Positions 1 to 12,959 of a stretch of 64,000 nucleotides of DNA are shown piece after piece (position 1 is the stretch's first letter; the number at the start of each line of letters is the position of its first letter). The notes beneath the pieces were generated by a model that did no database searches, was not told the DNA's origin, and worked only from the letters and a program-made list of their open reading frames with translations. Position numbers and translations under genes: made by a program. Source of the stretch: Octopus vulgaris (lineage: Eukaryota). The stretch covers positions 105,276,001 to 105,340,000 of the forward strand of contig OX597816.1 of the NCBI GenBank assembly GCA_951406725.2, given 5' to 3'.

Positions 1-976
1 TTGCAGGGTGGGCGGGGCGAAACAATGTCATGGAAATACATTCAGAATGAGAAATAAGAGACAGCTTGACAGCAGACAAAGAATATTTAATGGGAAGTCT
101 TTAATTACTTTTGTTAAATTGCTCGAAGAATTCTCAAATGTAATTGGATCTCTGGCAACAATTGCTCATAAGGATGACTCACTTAATAAGTGCATCTTAA
201 AACCTGGCAGAGCATGCCAAAATTAGTGAAACTGATATCCATTCTATTTGATAAAATTGTCATCTTATATTCTGCTGGTGATACAAAATTTTGACTATTG
301 CACAGTATTACTATTATTCTTTGATTATTTTTATTTCTTGTATTTAAAAAATTGTATTTTCAATTTGTATTCGCTATCTTTTTGTTTTTTGTTTTCACTA
401 ATTTTTATTTTCATGTATAAATTGCTTAAATTTTTTTCCTTAAAAATTTGATTTTCAATATCTGTTTAATCCTTTTTTCATCATTTAATATTTTTTATGA
501 CCGATTTTTTTTTAGACTATTTCTTAGAATTATTTAATATAGAATTAAATTGTTTGACAAAGAGACATTGTATTGATAAAAACTCTTTGTTCATGCATAC
601 GCATCTGTGTGTGTGCATGTGCATGAATATATATGTGCTCACATGATCATGGTTGAAACACCTTTGATCATAGTTTATTTACTCATATCTAATCTGGAGC
701 TAAATGATCGTTACAACACATCCTTATGGTTTTTCTCCTTCCTAAACTATTCATAGGAGACTAGTCAGTGTCTAAACTCTTTGGTCTGAATATATTCTGA
801 TTAGTCACACTAAAAACACCTTCTGAAATGTTGAACTCATGTTTTTTGTTTCTTTATTAAAGAATAAAAAAAAATCAGCCCAGAAACTTTTTCTCTTAAG
901 TATGGATTTTCTTTCTGTGTTATGTAAGAGATTTTGAAACAATGCAAGATAACTTTACACAGACTGTATGCTTTAG

Positions 977-1014
977 CTGTGTGTGGGGGGGGGTATGTGT
1001 GTGTGTGTGTGTGC

Positions 1015-1078
<64 letters not shown>
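977..1078. repeat. (GT)n microsatellite
   Basis: Direct reading. Confidence 0.97.
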
Positions 1079-1080
<2 letters not shown>

Positions 1081-2135
1081 GTAAACAGAGCGGTTATAGT
1101 AACTGACTAAGGGATAAAAATATCCGTATATACTATTGGTATCCATTACCTGTATTATCCCTGGGCATTGGTATGCAGGTACACCATACACGTAGAGTGC
1201 AGATAACAACAGGATAAACAAGAGTTTATCAGGAACCAATGCAAATAATTAGAAAATGGAGAAAAAACCAAGATTAACCAACATATCGATTGGACCACAT
1301 TTATTGCTTATTTTTTAATACAAAGCATGACATAACAAAATAGGAAACATAACATATCTTACGGCTGTTACTGATCAGATTGCCAAAATGCAGTCTAAAA
1401 TAAATGTGAGAATAAAGTTTTTCATCTTCATAGGACATTTGAATTAAGGCAATGGATTTTCATCAGAGTGAAAAACAAGAGCATACAACATAAACAAAAG
1501 GAAGAAGGAAAAGGAAAGAAAATATGGCTTAGACAAATAATCTAGAAGCCCAAAATGTTAAGATCAAATAATTTACCATCAGGGCTACAGGGTCGGTAGG
1601 TAAAAAAGTGAGCTATTAATGGTCTAGGGAATACTACTATTTATTAACAGGTAGGTGCAAGTAGAAGCAGGGTGGTCAGGCTGTTTAAAAAAAGAAGTTA
1701 TCAAGAAACTATATATAAGGAAAATACTAACATGATTGTCAAAGGGCAGTACCTATGCTAATAAATTGTACCCATTAATAAATTGTAGCCCTATAAAGAT
1801 GAAGAACTTTATTCTCACATTTATTTATAGACTGCATTTTGGAAATCCAATCAGTAATGGCTGTAAGATTTACGTCATGCTTCATATTAAAAGATAAGCT
1901 ATAAATGTGGTCCAATTGATGTGTTGTTTAATCTGTGGTTTCCTCCATTTTCTAATTATCTGCTTTATATATATATATATATACCAAATATATATGTTTT
2001 ATTTATTATTTTGCACATTACTTAATTATTGTTATATGTTTTATTTTAAATTTAATCTTTCTATAATATGTAATTTTTCTAAATGGTATAATTTAATTTT
2101 TCATTATTGAATTGATAAAAGGTGTTTTTTTTCCA

Positions 2136-2139
<4 letters not shown>

Positions 2140-2182
<43 letters not shown>

Positions 2183-2241
2183 GAAATTTGATTTAGTATT
2201 CCCTCATATTATTATTATAATTCCCTCATATTATTATTATA

Positions 2242-2296
<55 letters not shown>
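2140..2296. repeat. (TA)n and (ATT)n microsatellites
   Basis: Direct reading. Confidence 0.95.
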
Positions 2297-2741
2297 ATCA
2301 CATACATGTATATGCAAATATGTATGTATGTATAGATTGTTTGAAGTAATGTACAGATTTTATATATTAAGAAAAAAGAGGTAGTCAGAATTTTGGATAA
2401 TTTTTATTAGTGTGTCCTGAAAGAAATAGAAAGAAAAGAAAAGAAAGGAGAAAGAAAGTCAGAGAAGAAAGGGCTTTTTCCAGTTGCATAAAGTATCAAT
2501 GGGGTCAGCCAGCTGAAGCTGAATTACAATTCAAGATGTCGATTTTGATTTAGTCATTGTTTTTGAAAACATCTCTCTCTCTCTCTCTCTCTCCTACTTA
2601 CTCACTCCTTTATAGAGGGAGAGAGAAATCTACCTGACTACCTCTTTTTTCTTAATTTATGTATGTACGTATGTATGTGTATATATATATGTGTATGTAT
2701 AACCCATGCTAGCATGGAAAACGGTCGCTAAACGATGATGA

Positions 2742-3032
<291 letters not shown>

Positions 3033-3240
3033 GAAATGTGACCACACGTAGACTGTAGGCGATTTTTCCTTCTTTCTATTTGGACTTTCCTGTTTCCGAC
3101 GAAGAGCTATGCTCGAAATGTTAACAACTTTCTTCTTTCACAGAGCGTCAAATTAATATATTGCTTGTGCCCGTCCTAACGTTCATTTTTTTTTTCTTTT
3201 TTTTCTTTTTTCTCTGCTTTTTTGTTTTTTTGAATTGACT

Positions 3241-3248
3241 ACACACGC

Positions 3249-3289
<41 letters not shown>

Positions 3290-3298
3290 TGTGTGTGT
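3241..3298. repeat. (GT)n microsatellite about 190 nt upstream of the claudin-like ATG
   Basis: Direct reading. Confidence 0.95.
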
Positions 3299-3487
3299 TT
3301 ATCTAATATTTAAATGTATTTATAATTGTGTTTACATCTGTGGGTGACTGCGCACGCATATGAGTGCGTATGTTTCTAGTAACCAATGAGCTATTTTATA
3401 GCGGGGACTTATTGATTTACAACACCGTCCTACATTGTACTGAGATAATCCTAATTCAGTTGTCAGTTGATCAGTCTTTGTTACATC

Positions 3488-3758
3488 ATGGCATCAGAGA
3501 AGTGCTCGTTCGGTATTGGCCTGGGACTTTTAATTCTATCATTCACACTTTATATTATCGGATTTTCTACCTCTTATTGGTTAGAGACATTTGAGGAAGT
3601 TAAGGTTGGTTTAGAACGATTGGGACTGTGGGAGATTTGTTTCACTCGAGATGGAATGTCGTTAAATTCTGGTGACCAGGCTAGAGGAATAACTTACAAA
3701 AATTGTTATTGGGTCTTTCATGAAAACATAAGACTGGCTTCGGACACATTTGCCATAC
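3488..3758 (+). CDS. Claudin/PMP22/EMP-like tetraspan protein, coding exon 1 of 3
   Basis: ATG at 3488; MASEKCSFGIGLGLLILSFTLYIIGFSTSYWLE...LGLWEIC...KNC carries TM1 and the claudin W-GLW-C-C extracellular signature; donor C|GTAAGT at 3759 (phase 1). Confidence 0.9.
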
Positions 3759-5234
3759 GTAAGTATATATAGATATAAATATACACATTGTACCACCTCT
3801 ATGATTCACTGATTGATTTATTCATTAGTTTTTGTTATATTTTCGACAATGAGTTAAGTTTCTTAATTAACGTACCATCATTTTGTTTTAATTACTTTTT
3901 TTTATCACAAAAAATTCTTTTCTCTGCGTAGTTTTGAAAAAGCCAAATATTGTGTATTTTGATGTCACTATTTATTAAGAAGTTTTTTGATTTGGATTCA
4001 AATTAATTTTTATCATATTTATGTATATTAAGCTTTCAAATGTGACATCAGCGAGCGAGAATACTGTACATTGTTACCTTTTGTATGCCAATCCTCCATG
4101 ACATACTTAATGTAGGTATGCTATAATGACAAATAATTACAGGTAAATACATATGAAGGTACTATACAAATGTTTGGTTTTGATGTACTCGATCGAGCAC
4201 GTATAATATTCTTGATTTCTGTCTTCCCAATTGTAAGTTCCAAAACTTTACAGAAAAATGTACAGGTAATATAAAGAAGTTGAGGCTGTGAAAGTTTCGC
4301 TATTCTTGTTGTGTGTGTTTGTTTATGTAAAATCTAACTAACGCATTATTAGTACTTTGTTGTAGCTACTGGTAATTGTATGAATGTTACAATTTCCCAT
4401 TTATCTCCAATATTCAAGCTAAAAGGATAATTATTTAGTTTATTATTGTCAAAATCTAGCAAGTGAAATATTTAACATAGGTATTTTAGCTCCTAACTTT
4501 TTTTCTAGTTTCATTCCCTCCTTTTTAAATGGTCTTCGGCAGAATTGAAAAATAAGAGGCCTCCTGTAAAATCGTCAAATTTTCGCGACTAATTTATAAA
4601 GCCCTAAAGCATTGATAATATGTGGGTATAATTCTAAAATTCCGGGATATCTTCAATAAAAAATGGTAAAAAAACACTGAATTAAGTTTCTTTAATTTTT
4701 ATTGTTTGGCTGTAAATCATTGGTCCCGCATCGCAGGTGGTTCACCCCACCCTTCAATTTTTAAAATAAAATTGGAGAATTTGCTGCTATTTCTAACAGT
4801 TCGAATTGCTACACAGAGGCTCCCGATGAGTAATCAAACTACACTCGGGACTAACGCCAACACCTGAATAGGTGTAACTTACTAAAATGAATACGGGCAA
4901 ACACGGAAATTCCGTTCCAGTATAGCTATTTTCATTATTATCGATAATTAGTGAGATGAAAATAAATAATTGTGATGTAATGTTATAAGTGACGGTGTGT
5001 TTGTGTGTGTGTGTGTGTGTGTTTATTCTTTCCGAAATCCAGCTCCTAAAGCTTTTGAAACTTACTTCCTGATGAAGCGTTTACAAACATACCACAAAAC
5101 TTTTGATAGTTAGTTACCTTTCACAAACGGTTTGCAATTATATTTTTGTATTACCTAATAACTAAATCCTTTACCTATAGTTTCTTCAATAATAATTAAT
5201 GTGAATAATGATATGCGTCGGAAAAAAATGTGCA

Positions 5235-6195
5235 AATAGGTGTAAAAAAAGTGTGTATTAAACGAATATGAAAACCAAAATTTGAGCCAACGAACCGGGA
5301 GGTGGGGGGAGAGGACTTTCGGAAAATTCACAAGATCCGATTTTTTTTCTCCCTCATATCTTTTGGGAAAATGGTTATCTTTTAATGAAATTTTATATAA
5401 AAACCTTTCAAACGGCATAGATTACGATTATAAAGAAATTTGTGGCGAATTTTTTTTCATAAATTTTTATATTTTTTTTTTTTGCTTGATTGTAATGGAA
5501 ATAAGTTTGAAAAAAAATTTAGATTCATTTATTTTTTGTTTGAGTAATAGAAAAAGGTTTTTAAAAAGATCCCGTGTATCATGCATGGTAAGAGAAACAA
5601 ATTCATAAATACGGTTGCACTACGGAAAAGTTAAGAGCGATTTAGCTGTTGCTTTTTTAGCACGTCTCCCTCCACCGTTGGGATCATTTTAAAAACATTT
5701 TTCTATTACTCAAACGAAAAATAAATGAATCTAAAAATTTTTTTTCAAACTTATTTCCATCACACTCAAGCAAAAAAATAATTTATGAATTTCTTTCTCT
5801 TCGAAAGTCCCCTCCCCACGCCCTCGGAAAAAATTTTCCCCAGAAATTTCTTTATAATCGTAATCTACGCCGTTTGAAACGTATTATATAGAATTTCATT
5901 AAGATATCCATTTTCCTAAGGGTTGAGAGAAAAAATCGGATCTTGTGAATTTTCCGAAAGTCTTCTCCCCAACCCCTCGGAAAAAATTTTCCCCACAAGT
6001 TTCTTTGAAATCGTAATCTATGCTGTTTGAAAGGTATTTATATCAAATTTCATTAAAAGATATCCATTTTCCTAAAAGTTATGAGGGGAAAATAGGATCT
6101 CGTGAATTTTCCATAATTCCACTCTCCACCCCCCGGTTCGTTGGCGCAAATTTTTGTTTCCATATTCGTTTAATACACATTTTTTTACACCTATT
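5235..6195. mobile_element. Foldback/MITE element with arms over 300 bp and internal sub-repeats
   Basis: 5235-5572 is the reverse complement of 5679-6195 (the right arm has an extra duplicated unit); the GACTTTCGGAAAATTCACAAGATCCGATTTTT sub-repeat recurs in both orientations. Confidence 0.75.
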
Positions 6196-6954
6196 ATACT
6201 TTTTTTTTTTTTTTGGTGACCGGGAGTTAAAGTTAACATTAGCCGAAAATATTGGTTATTATTTGACCCTTTCACCCGCATGGTTTTCACTAAGGAAGAC
6301 AAAATCCTCGGATTTTTTGCGTGGAATCGGGTATCCTGACCTAACGTTTTATTCGGAATCATTGGAAATTTTTTTTTGCATTGATTAAATTCCAGTGACC
6401 TCCTAACATGCTACAAATCTTCTTTTTGGGTCCGGCAAACGGGGTGGGGTGGATCCCTCGGAAATTTCATCCCCATTTTCAAATATTTTGACCAATATAA
6501 AGATCTTCACCCGTGAACAAAAAAAATGATAAACCAGCCGGCTGGGTGTTAACAAGTATGTAGAAAATGAATAGGAAAAAAAAATTTGCACTAACGACCC
6601 TGGGGGGAGAGATGACTTTCGGAAAATTCACAAGATCCGATTTTTCCGTCATAACTTTCGGTAAAATGGATATATATTGATTTTTTTTTTTTTTACCGAA
6701 TCCCAAGTTTTTAGTTATGGGGGATCCGATTCTGAAAAAAGATTTTCAAAAATCGCAATCCCCACCCCTTCATTTTCACTTTTTCCGGGATTTTGGGGGG
6801 GGGGGTTGCGAAATATGTAGGAAAATCTGAAGATTACGATTCTGAAAAATATTTGTTTGTAAAATTTTAATTTTTCAACAAAATATATATATACATATAT
6901 ATATATACCCCAGGCCTTCAAGCAGGCTAGCCACTTGCTAGAAATAACAGCCAT

Positions 6955-7458
6955 ATCTCACAAAACTGCAGTAACATAATGTAATCAATTTACCCACCTT
7001 TCTACAAAGATTTCTTTCAGAGTAATTTCCTTCAGTAATATGACAAAGTAATTCTTGTGAAATAGACAAAACAACCGTTCATTTTTACTTTTAGGCGGCA
7101 GGGAGGGGAGGGGGAATTTTGGGTCGGAGTTTTTCATAAAAAATTTGAATTTGTGTTTATTTTTTCCATTTTCATAACCTCCGTATTTTCCCACGTAGAT
7201 TGATTGAAACAAATCTGTGGGAAAATACGGATATTAAGAATATGGAAAAAATAAACACAAATTCAAATTTTTTATGAAAAACTCGACCCAAAATCCCCCC
7301 CACTAGCCATCCCACTGTCTAAAAGTAAAAACGAATGGTTATTTCATCTATTTCACATGAATTACTTTCTCATATTACTACAGGAAATTACTCTGAAAGA
7401 AATCTTTGCAGAAAGGTGAGTAGATTGATTACATTATGTCATCGCAGTTTTGTGAGAT
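6955..7458. repeat. About 500-bp imperfect palindrome (foldback MITE)
   Basis: ATCTCACAAAACTGC... / ...GCAGTTTTGTGAGAT; arms pair along their length to a centre near 7205. Confidence 0.85.
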
Positions 7459-7709
7459 TTGGAGGTCACGGGAATTCATTCGACGAAAAAATAAAATTTC
7501 CAATGTTCCAGGATATGGGGTCCCCCCCCCCTGCCTTTTTTTTCCAGACAACAATAAGAGGTTTACAGCATGTTAGGAGGTCAAGGTACTTGATTCTATG
7601 CAAAAAATCTGAGTTTTTTCTTAATGAAAATCATGTGGGTGAAAGAATCAACATTTACCAAATATTGTAGGTTCAAAGAGTATAAAGAGTATTTATTCTA
7701 AATGGAAGT

Positions 7710-7800
7710 ACAGTAATCCCTCGACTATCGCGGGTGTTCCAAACCTTCCCGCAATAAGTGAAAATCCATGAAGGAGAAACTGTATATTTTTATTATTATT
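7710..7800 (+). mobile_element. Tigger/pogo-like terminal fragment
   Basis: TA|CAGTAATCCCTCGACTATCGCGG resembles pogo/Tigger-type TIR starts; no partner end found. Confidence 0.4.
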
Positions 7801-9085
7801 TTTATAATTTGTATATATTTATTTTAGTATAAATGCAAAACAACACCACAGGAACTGACATAAGTTTAAATAATATTCTAATTAACATTGCTATATTAGT
7901 CATTTGGCTCTAGACCCTTGATTTGTTGATGCTTTAAAAGCAACAAAATTTTTTATTAGGAAATTAAGGGGAAACTCATAATATTGGATCTATAGTGACT
8001 TTATTAAATCTCACTTATTACAGGCACAAGAGCATACATTTGATATGGTGATTTGTATCGTTGTGAAGATCCATTACACATTCCTTTCCTCCTTAGAGAA
8101 ATAGCATAGATGAATCCCTACAGCTGAATTATCCATTCCACCACATTGTGACTGAAGAATAGGCACAGATGATGATGGTGGTGATGTGATTTTTTTTTTC
8201 TTTATTGCTCTTCTTTATATCTTAATATTGCACAGATCACAAGGAGTGGGGGCATTAATATTCTGTTGAAGAATTTGGATAGATTAAGACTGGGTGCTGA
8301 GTCATTTGTGATGAGTCAGTTATTCCGGTTGGAATTCCGAAGGAATTTTTCATTGGAATGTAGATGTAACATGCAGATACTGCACTGGTCATGGCAGCAT
8401 CTCAAGCTAGAATATAATGGAACAAGTTGCTCTAGTAAGCTATTGTTTCCTATACCCCTTTCACAATCATGAACTATGAAGCCTTACATTGTTATGTTTG
8501 TGGTTTAGTTTTGTATCTTTTTTAAAGTTATATAAGAATAAAAATGTTAGTTATTAGTTTGAAGAAAGCATCACTGTTTTAAGGTTATTTTTTTACTTGT
8601 TTCAGTCATTTGAATTTGACTGCAGCCATGCTGGAGCACCATATGCATTAAAAAAATTTTTTTTTTTGTAACTTTATAATTATAAATATATCAAGCCAGC
8701 AATTCCTTCTTATCAGAAAATGCTGGTAGATCATTTCTATCAAAACTTGTGCCTAATAGAAACATAACAAGTCTGATATAGTTGTTTGAAACAGAAAAGT
8801 TATGTACAGTTATTGATACCAGCTGCTCTGCTGAAGTGAACATTTCTTTTAAAATCAGGGAGAAAGGAAATATTTACAGAGTGCATTTTTGAAACCTACT
8901 GCTCTTCTTCGGGGATATAAATTCATTTACATTCATAATCAATGGTGCACTTGGCTATGTTGATAATTGAGGTGTCCAAATAAAGGAAATGACCTGCTAA
9001 CACTCAGTTTGAAAATATAATCCATAAGCAGAACAGTAAACAGTATGCAAAATGGTAAAAAAAATATGCAAGTCCAACACACAAG

Positions 9086-9450
9086 CATGGCTGTGTGTTT
9101 AAGAAGCTAACCTTGTAACTTTGTGGTTTCAGATTGTCCCCCATCATGGCACCCTGGGCAAGTATATTTTACTATAGCTCTGGGCTGACCAATGCCTTGT
9201 GAGTTAATTTGGTTGACAGAAACTGTGTTGAAACCTTTCATATGTGTGCATGTGTGTGTTTGTCATCCACCTCTTGACAACTAATTTTGGCTTGTTCACA
9301 TTCTTGTAACTTAACAGTTCAGCAAAAGAGAATTATAAAATGTATACTAGGCCTAAAAAATAAGTGCTGGGATCAATTTGTTTGACTAAGCCCTTCAAGA
9401 GGGTGCCCCAACAAGACTTTGGTTCAATGACTGCAACAATTAAAAGATAT
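9086..9450 (+). mobile_element. tRNA-derived CORE-type SINE (related copies near 10990, 50850, 61500, 63475)
   Basis: GCATGGCTGTGTG.TTAAG head and GGCACC.TGGGCAAGT CORE-like block recur across the window. Confidence 0.65.
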
Positions 9451-9654
9451 AATTTTCCTCTTTTGTTCTTACCCAAATTCCAGCAATGGAGCTTTGTTTT
9501 TTGTTAGAAACCAGCTTTTTTTTTATTGGAAGAATTCAAATAATTAAGAAGAAAAATGATACTCATTTGCACAAAAAGTGATGACTAAAGTGGTATACAT
9601 TATAATTGCATGAGACTTATCATATCTTGAATAAAAAGATAGTCTCAAAGAAAA

Positions 9655-9855
9655 TATTGGTTTCAAATTTTGGCACAAAACAGCAAATTTGAATTACATC
9701 GACCCCAGAATTCATCTAGCACTTATTTTATTGACCCCAAAAGGATGAAAGGTGAAGTCCACTTCTCCAGAATTTGAACTCAGAATGTAAAACCAAATGA
9801 AATGCCACTAAGCATTTTGCTTGGCATGCTAATGATTCTGCTAGTTTACCATCTT
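9655..9855 (-). mobile_element. SINE family 2 (tRNA head with CCTTTCATCCTT..GGGGTC..TAAAATAAGT central domain)
   Basis: Same sequence at 43650-44090 (two tandem copies), 51560-51730, 54600-55040 (two copies) and, in opposite orientation, near 15640-15800 and 55160-55350; GAGTTCAAATTC B box. Confidence 0.65.
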
Positions 9856-10189
9856 AGTCTCAAAGAATATATTAGTAGAAAATAAAATAAATTAGAATAT
9901 TTAAAATAGAAAAAAAAGACAAAGAAATTAAATTGGCAAGACAGAATTTGTAAGAATATTGCTTGTGTGTGAGAGAGAGAGAAAGAGCCAGTAGCCATGT
10001 AGTCCCCTGACAAGAACCTGCTCTGCCCTTCCACTCGGATTTCATAAGCCTGCACAAGCTGCATGGCAACCTCATTAGTGTTGATGGCATGAGTAAAGTA
10101 CCCAATACACACCAGTTGGTGGCATTAGGAAGGGCATCCAGCTGTAGAAATCATACCAAACCATCCAACTCATGCCAGTATAGAAATTG

Positions 10190-10700
10190 AAATTAAAGAA
10201 GTAGGACAGTATAGGAGAAAGCTGAAGCCAGGGGTACAGCAGATTTGATAGTATAAGTGAAAGAAAGAGCTCCATCAATACACTCTGCAATTGTGTGATC
10301 TTTAAAGAAGTAATTGATCAAAGAGAGATAGATTGAAGCCCAAATGCATGCAATTTTGAGAGGAGATTCAAAAAGCATGGTCATGAGAGCAACAACACTG
10401 CTTTCCCCAAATTTCTCCACAGTGGATTTGGCTTTATGGAAACTACTGATGATCATTAAAGAGAGAGAGAGAGATTCAAGGTTTTGGAGGAAATCATTGT
10501 TAAGGGTTGTTTCCATTACCTTAGAGATGGTGGAAATAACAGCAATAGCGCAATTGTTGATAAGGTCAGAGATTGCCTTACTTAGGAATGGGACACTGTG
10601 TAACATGTTTCCAAAAGCAGTTAATTCTTACTGAGAAATGGTGAGAAATGGAAGAGCTTGATGAGTGTAAGGGCTAGCACTGGAGTACAATGCTTGAGAG
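10190..10700 (-). mobile_element. Decayed CR1/L2-type LINE RT fragment
   Basis: Minus-strand remnants IAVISTISKVMETTLN...SFHKAKST...GESSVVAL, corresponding to (YRP)IAL.S.ISKVME...GF...RST. Confidence 0.6.
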
Positions 10701-11515
10701 TAAGGGAAGAGTCATTGTCTGTGCCCATGGCTATGTTGATTTGAATCCTGTGAGATTGCAGAACTTCCACTCTATCAAATGCTGGAGATAGGAGTTGAAT
10801 GATAGCAATAAAAGCAATTGATCGAAGAGAAAATTTTGAGTATAAGGCAGTGTAAAGAAATTGCCTCCTATTACCAAAGGGTTTTTAAGGGCCAATAAGT
10901 ATTTCACTCCATTCTTATGGCATTGAATAGATGAGAACTTTTTCCTGTATAGAACATTGGTATATCTCAGATAATGTATTCTTGATATGGCCAAGTGGTT
11001 AAAAAGTTCACTTCACATGTATGCAAACCCAGGTTCAATCCTACTGTACAGTATTTTTTGTTATTGTAGATTTGGATTGATCCAAACCTTGTGAGTGAAA
11101 CTGGCTAGAAGGGAATTGTGAAAGTCTATTGGGGATGGGTTATACCTGTTCAAAGAGCCAGCTTTGTCACTTACTGCGTCATACTGATCCTGCTTGTGAT
11201 TTATGTTGAGGGTACAAGTGCATGTGGAAAATTATGTTACACTATAATTAGCAGGTATTTCAGGTGATTGAACAACAAGAATTTCTATAGACAAAACTTG
11301 CATGATTAATTTACTTGACTTTTTATTCATGACAAACAGATGAACTGGGGCAATGGAAAACAAAATATTTTGCTCAGAAACACAGCAAAATGCTCGCTGG
11401 GATGTGAACTTAACCTGATATAAATGTGATCACTTAGCCACTCCACAATATTCCAATTGACACCAACCTTTATGGCTTTCTCTACATGTCAGTTTGAAAA
11501 TCAACAACATTAGAA

Positions 11516-11874
11516 TTTAATAACTTGTAAGTCTTTGTCTAGCTCATAATCATTCATGTTTTTAACATAATTAAACAATGTTATGAAGATAGATTTATGC
11601 ATCAAATTAAAAATAAAATTTATGAAACTGAGAATTTTCGTGGAGTCACACAAGTAAAAGACTGCATATTCCATGAAAAAGAATAGTTAAATAGATCCAA
11701 AACCTGTATTTCTTCATGGAATATGCAGTCTTTTACTTGTGTGACTCCACGAAAATTCTCAGTTTCATAAATTTTATTTTTAATTTGATGCATAAATCTA
11801 TCTTCATAACATTGTTTAATTATGTTAAAAACATGAATGATTATGAGCTAGACAAAGACTTACAAGTTATTAAA
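11516..11874. repeat. Perfect inverted repeat with 162-bp arms and a 35-nt spacer
   Basis: 11516-11677 reads as the exact reverse complement of 11713-11874 by eye. Confidence 0.93.
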
Positions 11875-12584
11875 AATTGGGATTTAAATAGAAGCAATAT
11901 GTGCCTCATTTTATTTCCTACTCCTTGACAGCTGCCATCTTCCCCCATTAACACTTGTTAATTCTTCCCCTTCCCTTGTTGCCTGTCTGTCCAAATCAGA
12001 TAAGAATAACTATTGTGATAAACACAGTTTATTTCCCTTCAGCAAGCATAACATTCAAAGGAGCTGAAACAAAAAAAAAAGAAAAGCAATGGTGGCAAGC
12101 AGCTGATTCCTCTCAAATTTATGAGAACCCTTTATTAATTATGTGGATGCTGTCGTTTAGCCTCAGATTTGCCCTGATCGGTCACTAGCCTTGCTAAAAG
12201 GACATGAGCAGGAAGCACCTTTGATGTTTTCTTAGGAAAAGGAGGAGGCAAACACAAGGGCTACCCAGGCAGCATAAACTCGCTCTGCACCAATGGCCCT
12301 GATTGAGCCAACTTTTGTTCAAAGCTGTTCCAGCCATCTCCTTCCCATATTTTTTCAAAGGCATAAGTGTACTCTAATGTTGTTGATTTTCAAACTGACA
12401 AATACCAGGCTCCACCATAGTATTAGGAAATTTTTTTACCCCCTCCACCTCATTATTAACAAAAAGACAGAATAGTGTATTCATATAATATGTTTTTTCT
12501 TGTGTTGAGCAAGTTTAAAAATATTCAAAACCATCTTAATTTTATTATGTTGTATCTTAGGAGAGTCTTTTTTTTATTAATTGA

Positions 12585-12779
12585 CCCTTTAGCATTCAGA
12601 TTATTTTGTTGAATATATTGCTTATTTATTTACATTGTTTTGAATTAATCATACATTATCTGATAGTTTAAAACTTTGATGTAATTGTATATTTTTAGAA
12701 TGACATTGTAGGTTGAGATTCCAGATTTGGCTGATTTGAACAAAACAGATAGAATATGGCCAGTTTAAATGCTAAAGGG
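12585..12779. mobile_element. piggyBac-type MITE, family 2 copy 1
   Basis: TTGA|CCCTTTAGCATT ... AATGCTAAAGGG|TTAA; homologous to 60269-60479. Confidence 0.75.
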
Positions 12780-12959
12780 TTAAACATGGCAATTTGTCTG
12801 CCCCCTTTTCAGTCTGTATGGGTCCCACTGTCATGAGCAATGTTGCTCTAATGTGTTTTATTTCAAGACAGTAGTGTGTGGTTTCTAGCAAGTCAACCAA
12901 CAAAGAAGCTGCTTCTTCATTGTGGTAGTTGAGATTGTTGGCACAACCTGTTACCTGAA

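Noticed and set aside
973-1239. 88-aa ORF with poly-HT tract
   Set aside because: The HT run is the (GT)n microsatellite; no splice or homology support.
5155-7670. Cluster of 60-120-aa ORFs with similar sequences (FERxLYxISLKD, KSDLVNFPKV)
   Set aside because: The similarity comes from foldback sub-repeats read in both orientations, not a protein family.
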